From Vicinamibacteria bacterium (GTDB taxonomy: Bacteria > Acidobacteriota > Vicinamibacteria > Marinacidobacterales > Marinacidobacteraceae), in the NCBI GenBank assembly GCA_963668695.2, contig CAXXLQ010000004.1, positions 3,232,001-3,296,000 on the forward strand: a stretch of DNA of 64,000 nt, written 5' to 3'. A program made the position numbers and the translations under genes. Within the stretch, counting starts at the first letter, position 1. Every line of letters begins with the position of its first letter. The notes below the pieces were generated by a model, which was given only the letters and a program-made list of their open reading frames with translations, did not search any database and was not told the origin of the DNA. Shown one piece after another: positions 58,052-64,000 of the stretch.

Positions 58052-60670
58052 TCAGCTCCCGACCCGGCGCAGCCCGAGCCGGTCGTAGAGGAACGAAAAT
58101 CTCCCGAGGCGGAATCGGATCACCCCGTCCCCGGCCTGGATTTCCGTCGGTTCCGTGTCAGGATCGATCCCCTCCGCCATCCAGCCCGGCACCGCAAGCG
58201 TGCCAACCCGCGTCCCGAACGGGCCGGGGAGCGGCTCCGTCAAGTCGAGCCGCCGGTCCTTCAGGCCGAGTCTCGTCGCCGCCTCGATATCCCGAATCGG
58301 CTGGTTGGCCACCAGCGATTCCTTCCAGCGGATCTTCACCGCGGACGCCGCCGTCCCCTCGGCGGATCTCCCCGCCAGCACCGTTCCGAGATGGGCCTGC
58401 CACGGCCCGCCGAGACGCTGGGCGAATGCCTCCAACCCGGCGCCATGCGTGGCCGCCTCGACCAGTTCCCGATTGTCCTTGGGAACCTGGATCTCCCCGC
58501 GCTCGGCGAGCCAGTCCCGGGTGGCGCGAAGCCCTACGATGTTCTCGTAGATCCGCCCGAGACCCAGCGGGCTTCTTCCACGTCGCCGATTCCCTTCGGA
58601 CCCCAGGAGACCCTCAAGACGGTCCGTCGAGGGAGCGACAACGGTGACAACGGGCTCCTCGTACCCCGGCGGCCGCAGATTGTCGGCGTGGCGGTGCAAG
58701 CGGCCGATGCGCTGCAGCAACACGTCTCCCGGCGCCAGATCGGTTATCAGCCAGTCCGCGCAGATGTCGAGCGACTGCTCCGCCGTCTGGGTGGTGACCG
58801 CGACCACTCCCTCGCGGCGTTTTCCGAGCGCTTCTTCGAGGGCCGCGTCGAGCAGCCTCCGATCCTCCGGCGCGAATCGGCCGTGGTGCGGCGCAACCAC
58901 GCCCTCGCACACGAACAACCTCGCCCCCAGTTCCTCGAGGCGCTCGACCGTGTCCTGGGCATCGTCCACGCGGTTCCGGATGAAGAGGACCACCGCCCCG
59001 GCCTCCGCCGCCTCCCGGATCCGACAGAAGAGATCCTTGGCAACGCTGTCCGGGTCCACCAGTTCGACACGGACCCGCTTGGACCGACCGTCCACTTCGA
59101 GCTCGTGAAGGGATTCCCCGCTCCGGCTCACGGACGGATACGGAAGGCGCGCGGCCTCCGCTACGCCCTGGATTTCACCCATCTCGATCCGCCTCGAAGG
59201 TTGGAGCAGGCGTTCGCGCGCCGAACTTCCGAGGGTCGCCGACATGAGCAGCGCATGGCCTCCGGCGGCGGAATGCTGATCGAGGAGGTTCCGGAGAAGC
59301 GTCGTCATGTAGGCATCCGAGGCGTGCACCTCATCCACCACGAGCAGCAGACGCAGCATGGGTCCGGACCGCATTTGCGCATGCCGCACCCTCAGCCCGC
59401 CGAGCAGGGCCTGGTCAATGGTTCCGATCATGACCGCGCCCGACAGGTAGCGCTTCGCGTTTTCAACCGCCCAACCCCGCTCCCGAACGCGCTCGTCGTC
59501 CCACAGGACCCGCCAGGTTTCCGGAAGGGGCCGGTGGCCTTCCCGATCGTCCACGCGCAGATAGCCGGGCACCGCCAGTCCGACCGGCGGGGCAGCATCG
59601 CCAAGCCAGCCCGCGATCACCTTCTTGATGCGGGTGTGGATCTGGACGGCGGCGGCGCGCGTCGGGAGGGCGAAGTACATCCCGTCCACCTCGCCCTCGC
59701 GGAAGAGCCGGAGGAAGTGGATCAGAGCCGCTTCGGTCTTCCCGGAACCCGTTTCCGCTTCAAGAGCCACGATCTGCCCGGAGCGCGGCAAAGGCTGCTC
59801 AAGGAGGGCGCGCTGCGCGGGACGGGGAGGCCCGAGCTTCGGGAACAGGGTATGAAAGTCCAGCGAGAGCTCCTTGGCCGCCGCCCGTCCAGCCACCGGA
59901 TCCCACCACCTCTTCCCGATGACGTCCCGAGCCGCGGCTCGCGCCGAGGCAATCCGCAATCTTGCTTGGGTCCCGCCCTCGCTCGGGAAAGGGAAGTCGT
60001 CGTGATTCGAACCGAGCCAGTCGGCCAATACCACCAGCCCAGCCAGGGCGTGGAGAAACCGGGAGGCGGTGGGAAGCGGGTCCCCGCCCCGGGAGAAGGC
60101 GTTGGGGAACATCTCCTCGAGGACCGCCACGACCTCGGCGAGCGCCGCGAGAGGTTCATAGCCATTCCGCGACCGCCAATCCGATGCGTTCACCGCCGGC
60201 CGTTCAGTAGGGAGGCTTCCGTGGTGGGCCAGCACCACGTCCCAGACTGCGGCTTCGGCATCGGAGTCGGCGAACCAGGACTTCCAGAGGCCTCGCTTCA
60301 GGGCTCTCCGGACTTCCGTTCGGATTGCCGATGGAGGGGCATCGGACCCCAGAAGCGCCCATGCGGGGGCAATGTGCGACGCCCTGCTTCGATCCCGCAA
60401 ACGGCGCTGAAAGGAGTGAACCGCCTTGCCGAAGTCGTGGAGCCCGGCAAAGAAACTGAAGCGAGCGATGTCGGTCCCGGAAAGCTGGCGGCCGGCGAGC
60501 CGATCCAGCCGGGCGCGGATCGTCGGCAGGGAAAGGATCGCCTCGGCCATGGCGCCCACGTCGACCGAGTGATCGGTGAGGCTCAGGCTGGGCGTCCCGT
60601 CCAGCGACTTGGCCCACGCCGTCCGAGGATCGGGTAACGGGAGTTGGGGCACGGCCGATCGATCCGGCAT
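58052..60670 (-). CDS. cas3: Cas3 HD nuclease/helicase
   Basis: WAKS, DHSVDV, LHDFGKA, LADWLGS, ETGSGKTE, DEVH, SATL, QRIGRLHRH; start at ATG 60670 after GGAGG. Confidence 0.95.
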   Translation of the reverse strand: MPDRSAVPQLPLPDPRTAWAKSLDGTPSLSLTDHSVDVGAMAEAILSLPTIRARLDRLAGRQLSGTDIARFSFFAGLHDFGKAVHSFQRRLRDRSRASHIAPAWALLGSDAPPSAIRTEVRRALKRGLWKSWFADSDAEAAVWDVVLAHHGSLPTERPAVNASDWRSRNGYEPLAALAEVVAVLEEMFPNAFSRGGDPLPTASRFLHALAGLVVLADWLGSNHDDFPFPSEGGTQARLRIASARAAARDVIGKRWWDPVAGRAAAKELSLDFHTLFPKLGPPRPAQRALLEQPLPRSGQIVALEAETGSGKTEAALIHFLRLFREGEVDGMYFALPTRAAAVQIHTRIKKVIAGWLGDAAPPVGLAVPGYLRVDDREGHRPLPETWRVLWDDERVRERGWAVENAKRYLSGAVMIGTIDQALLGGLRVRHAQMRSGPMLRLLLVVDEVHASDAYMTTLLRNLLDQHSAAGGHALLMSATLGSSARERLLQPSRRIEMGEIQGVAEAARLPYPSVSRSGESLHELEVDGRSKRVRVELVDPDSVAKDLFCRIREAAEAGAVVLFIRNRVDDAQDTVERLEELGARLFVCEGVVAPHHGRFAPEDRRLLDAALEEALGKRREGVVAVTTQTAEQSLDICADWLITDLAPGDVLLQRIGRLHRHADNLRPPGYEEPVVTVVAPSTDRLEGLLGSEGNRRRGRSPLGLGRIYENIVGLRATRDWLAERGEIQVPKDNRELVEAATHGAGLEAFAQRLGGPWQAHLGTVLAGRSAEGTAASAVKIRWKESLVANQPIRDIEAATRLGLKDRRLDLTEPLPGPFGTRVGTLAVPGWMAEGIDPDTEPTEIQAGDGVIRFRLGRFSFLYDRLGLRRVGS

Positions 60671-61064
60671 TCGGACCTCCTGCGGGACAGAATTCTTGGA
60701 AGTCAGCACCCGGCGTGCGCTGCCCACCGGGTCGCTCGACCTTCCGCTTTTTAGTATCTCGCCTCCATGCGTCAAAAACGGTCACCCCCATGCTCCGGCC
60801 CGTGGATTCGCACCGTGGCTCACCCGCTTCATCCAACCGTGTTTGATCGATCGGATGGGAACTGCGGGCATGACCGCCGGATCCGGTGGCGAGGGCGGTT
60901 TCGCCGCGCGCTGCGCGGCGGCGCCGACCAAGGTCGGCAGTCCCTCCCCCGCCGCTCCAGGTCTGCCCCGCGTTCCAGAACCAGTGCAGCCTGGAGGCCG
61001 GCGGGCCCTCCGAAACGCGCCGCCTGGTTCAGTCGGCGGCGACGCGGTCCGCGCGCTCGAGAAG

Positions 61065-61337
61065 CTACTGATGCAGCCGGTCGAGCCAGCCCGCAAGCGA
61101 CGCGATGCACGCGAGGGCGAATATCGCCCCCAAAGCCCAGCCGGCGTCAGGCCACACGGTGAACGCGGCGAGGGCGCCGACGATGACCTGCAAGACCGCG
61201 CCCCCGATCCAGCGGACGGTCAGGGTAACGAGGAGCAGCAGCGCGAACCACGTTGCCGAACTGCCCCTGCCCTCAACCCAGCCGGGCCAGGAAGACCGCC
61301 TCGTCTTCCGCCGCGGAAGCGGCGTCGAGAACGGCAT
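61065..61337 (-). CDS. Small hypothetical membrane protein
   Basis: Three hydrophobic segments; no recognisable motif, start uncertain. Confidence 0.35.
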   Translation of the reverse strand: MPFSTPLPRRKTRRSSWPGWVEGRGSSATWFALLLLVTLTVRWIGGAVLQVIVGALAAFTVWPDAGWALGAIFALACIASLAGWLDRLHQ

Positions 61338-61581
61338 CCGGTGATGCCCCGCGCCGCGCGGCGAGCTCCGCCACGACCCCTCCGGAACCGCAATCTCACG
61401 CGTTTCGCCCGCCTCTGGCGGGCGATGCCGGCCCCCGCCGGGAGAACCCTCATGATCGGGTCCTCCTGCACACCCTCGCCCGTCATGAAAAAGACGCGGC
61501 CCTCACCTTGGCATGGCGCAGAGTCATCGCCGCTGGTTTCGCGCTCCCGCGCGATGCCGACCGGAAGTCGGCGGTCCCTTC

Positions 61582-62547
61582 CTACGCCTCGCGGTCCGGG
61601 CAAGCGGCGGGCTCCAGTCGCAACAGGAAATCCGCTTCGTCGTCAGCCGTAAACGCCGCCTCGAGGACGGTCTCGCGCGACGGCTGTAGCAAGGACTCCG
61701 GCTTCGCGGGAAACCCGTCGGACACGACGAGCCCCCGTTGGCGAAGGATGGTGCGGATCACTTCGGCCAACTCCGCCGCGCGGGCCCGGCGCTCCATCCG
61801 GGTCAGGAGCAGCTCATCCTCCGGGACCGTCCCCTCCCGCTCCCCGAGCGCGCGTCCCACCCGCCTCAGATCTTTCTTCGTGTCCTCGGACATCACGGGT
61901 TCGTTCAGCGCCCGGTGGATCTCCTCCGCCCCCCAGCCCGGAAACGCCCGACTCTCCGACGACTCCCGGTAGCGGCCCTCCTCCAGTAAGTGGATCGTCA
62001 GTCCCGGACTGAGGCCCGCCGGCCGGCTCGGCGATGCCATCTTCGGAACCTCCACCCAGACCTCCGGGAAACCCCATTCCGCGTACGCGACCAGCTTCCC
62101 CCGCCGCACGTCCGTCGTGTTGTCCACCTCGAGGACAACGTCCGGATAGGCATCTTCTCCCACGATCAGTTGCGAACCCTCCGGCAGATTCGCGCCTCCC
62201 GGGTGGAGATACACCGTTTCGTCCGCCTGCATCAGATCCGCGAGGGCTCCGTCCGGTTCGCGGATCCGGAAGTCCGTCGAACCCAGGCACTCCACGTCCG
62301 AGCCTCGCGCCTCGACGATCCGCTCGAGGAGCCTCGCCAGCCGGCGAGTGGGCCGCTCGTGCCACCGACTCGCCGGCTCTTGCACCATCCAGGCGGTCCC
62401 GGTGGCGGCGTGCCAGTACTCCAGTTTCCGCCCCTCCCACTCCGGGCCGAAAATCTCGGCCTCGCTCACCCGCACCGGCTCGCAGCCCGTGAACTCCAGC
62501 TCGGCGACCCGCGTCCGCCCCCGCTCCGCGACCGCTGACCCGCGCAT
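61582..62547 (-). CDS. Uma2 (DUF820) family putative restriction-like endonuclease
   Basis: HE, MQADETVY, PDVVLEVDNTT, YAEWGFPEVW, SRAFPG; start uncertain. Confidence 0.75.
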   Translation of the reverse strand: MRGSAVAERGRTRVAELEFTGCEPVRVSEAEIFGPEWEGRKLEYWHAATGTAWMVQEPASRWHERPTRRLARLLERIVEARGSDVECLGSTDFRIREPDGALADLMQADETVYLHPGGANLPEGSQLIVGEDAYPDVVLEVDNTTDVRRGKLVAYAEWGFPEVWVEVPKMASPSRPAGLSPGLTIHLLEEGRYRESSESRAFPGWGAEEIHRALNEPVMSEDTKKDLRRVGRALGEREGTVPEDELLLTRMERRARAAELAEVIRTILRQRGLVVSDGFPAKPESLLQPSRETVLEAAFTADDEADFLLRLEPAACPDREA

Positions 62548-62753
62548 GGCCTCGATTCTACGCTGCGGCGGCGCCATCGGAGGGAACGGCGCGCGCTGCG
62601 ATCTTGCTCGCCCGTGGCGGGCGATGCCGCGCCCCCGCCGGGGGATCGGCCGGGGTCGGCGGTCCCTTGCCTGTTCACCATCCGCGCCCCTCGGATTCCC
62701 GTCGCGCCCACCCTTTCTGACACCATAGCCCCCTCTCAACGAAGGAGGCCCTC

Positions 62754-63626
62754 ATGAGACGCATCGGATTGCTCGGACTGGCTCTCGCGCTCTTGCTCCT
62801 CGCGCCCGCGGCCGCCCTCGCCACCTGGTCGGTGATCGCGGTGGACCGGAATTCGGGTCAGGTGATCATCGCCTCGGCCACCTGCGTTCGGCAGTCGCGG
62901 TTTCCTTCCCGGCCGGCGCGGGACCTGATGGACGTCCAGGCGGTGATCGTGCCGGGGGTGGGGGTCGCCGCCTGCCAGGCCGGCGTGGACAACACCCGCG
63001 CCAATCAGATGCTGGTGTACGAGGAAATCCGGAAGGGAACCGAGCCCGGGCGCATCATCGAACTCCTCCGGGAGCAGGAAAACCAGAAGGACGAACCGCA
63101 GATGGAGCGGCGCCAGTTCGGCATCCTCGACCTCCAGGGCCGGAGCGCCGGCTTCAACGGCGAGGGGAACAGCGCGGCTTCCCTCTATGTGTCGGGCCAG
63201 GTCGGCGACGACATCTTCGTCCAGGTGCAGGGGAACATCCTGTTCGACGGCGATGTCGCCGAAGGGGCGGTTCTCGCGTTCATGCGAGCGAAGGGCACCC
63301 TCGCCGACCGGGTGATGGCCGCCATGGAGGGAGCCGACGCGGCGGGCGGCGACAAGCGGTGCACCTGCGAGGAGGAGCCGAAGCCCGCGGCGCCCTGCGA
63401 CGGGAAGACCTCGCACGTCGCCTACATCGCCGTCGCGAACCGGGACGACGCAACCGGCCGGTCGCACAACGACGGCGACTACTACGCCTACCTGAGCGCG
63501 ACGGACGAGGACATCCAGCCGCACGAGAACGCCAACCCGGTGATCACCCTCCGGCTCCGCTACGACGCCTGGAAGGACGCCGGGAGCAAGCGGACGGGCA
63601 TGCCTCCCTCGATGATCCCGGAATGA
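62754..63626 (+). CDS. DUF1028-family secreted Ntn-hydrolase-like protein
   Basis: Signal peptide then TWSVIAVD; RQFGILD, QGNIL, LADRVMAAMEGADAAGGDKRC. Confidence 0.8.
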   Translation: MRRIGLLGLALALLLLAPAAALATWSVIAVDRNSGQVIIASATCVRQSRFPSRPARDLMDVQAVIVPGVGVAACQAGVDNTRANQMLVYEEIRKGTEPGRIIELLREQENQKDEPQMERRQFGILDLQGRSAGFNGEGNSAASLYVSGQVGDDIFVQVQGNILFDGDVAEGAVLAFMRAKGTLADRVMAAMEGADAAGGDKRCTCEEEPKPAAPCDGKTSHVAYIAVANRDDATGRSHNDGDYYAYLSATDEDIQPHENANPVITLRLRYDAWKDAGSKRTGMPPSMIPE

Positions 63627-64000
63627 GAGTCCTGCTGTTCGCGGCGTTCGCCGTTTTCGCCGCCCTTCCGGCATCTGCTGAGGAGCAGCCGTCCAAGGCC
63701 GATCCCTCGGCCAACTGGGCTCGTTTTCGCGGTCCCGACGCCAATCCGGTGGGAACCCATCCGAACCTTCCGACCTCGTGGTCCACGACCGAAAACGTGG
63801 AATGGGCGGCCGAGGTCCCTGGGGTGGGCTGGTCATCTCCGATCGTCTGGGGGAACCGGATCTTCCTGACCGCGGCCACCAGTCCCAGCGAAATGAAGGG
63901 CCCTTCGCTCGGCACGGATTTCAGCAACGACTACATCGCCGAACTGCAGGCCCAGGGGTTGCCCCCCGAGGAAGTCAACCGGCGGCTCTACGCCCGTGAC
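63623..64000 (+). CDS. PQQ-binding-like beta-propeller protein (partial)
   Basis: Manual translation: signal peptide, NWARFRGP, LPTSWSTTENVEW, PGVGWSSPIVWGNRIFLT; runs off the window. Confidence 0.8.
   Translation, partial: MRVLLFAAFAVFAALPASAEEQPSKADPSANWARFRGPDANPVGTHPNLPTSWSTTENVEWAAEVPGVGWSSPIVWGNRIFLTAATSPSEMKGPSLGTDFSNDYIAELQAQGLPPEEVNRRLYARD

Overview
GC-rich bacterial chromosomal window. An ADOP-type duplicated permease plus DUF885, DUF1028 and PQQ-propeller genes suggest Acidobacteriota (inference). The first ~43 kb holds housekeeping and accessory genes: an SbcCD-like pair, etfBA, fumC, an S9 peptidase, czcCBA-like efflux, a GH63/TonB/GH2 sugar locus and ygfZ. These are interspersed with five type II TA modules (two with inactivated toxins), GTAG-type REPs, three copies of a MITE, and a recurrent ~20-bp insert. 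The region at ~43-62 kb is a defence island: IS256, a ~51-copy helically phased satellite, an RHH regulator, rmuC, a DEDDh exonuclease, a type I-E CRISPR array (~47 repeats), a complete cas3-cse1-cse2-cas7-cas5-cas6e-cas1-cas2 set and a Uma2 nuclease. The top finding is a cryptic repeat-spacer-repeat mini-array between cas3 and cse1. Its guide seed matches the cse1 promoter next to an AAC PAM, and the same PAM is independently deduced from two overlapping spacers in the main array. This points to RNA-guided self-repression of Cascade (CreR/crlRNA-like). All counts were made by eye; no database searches were run.
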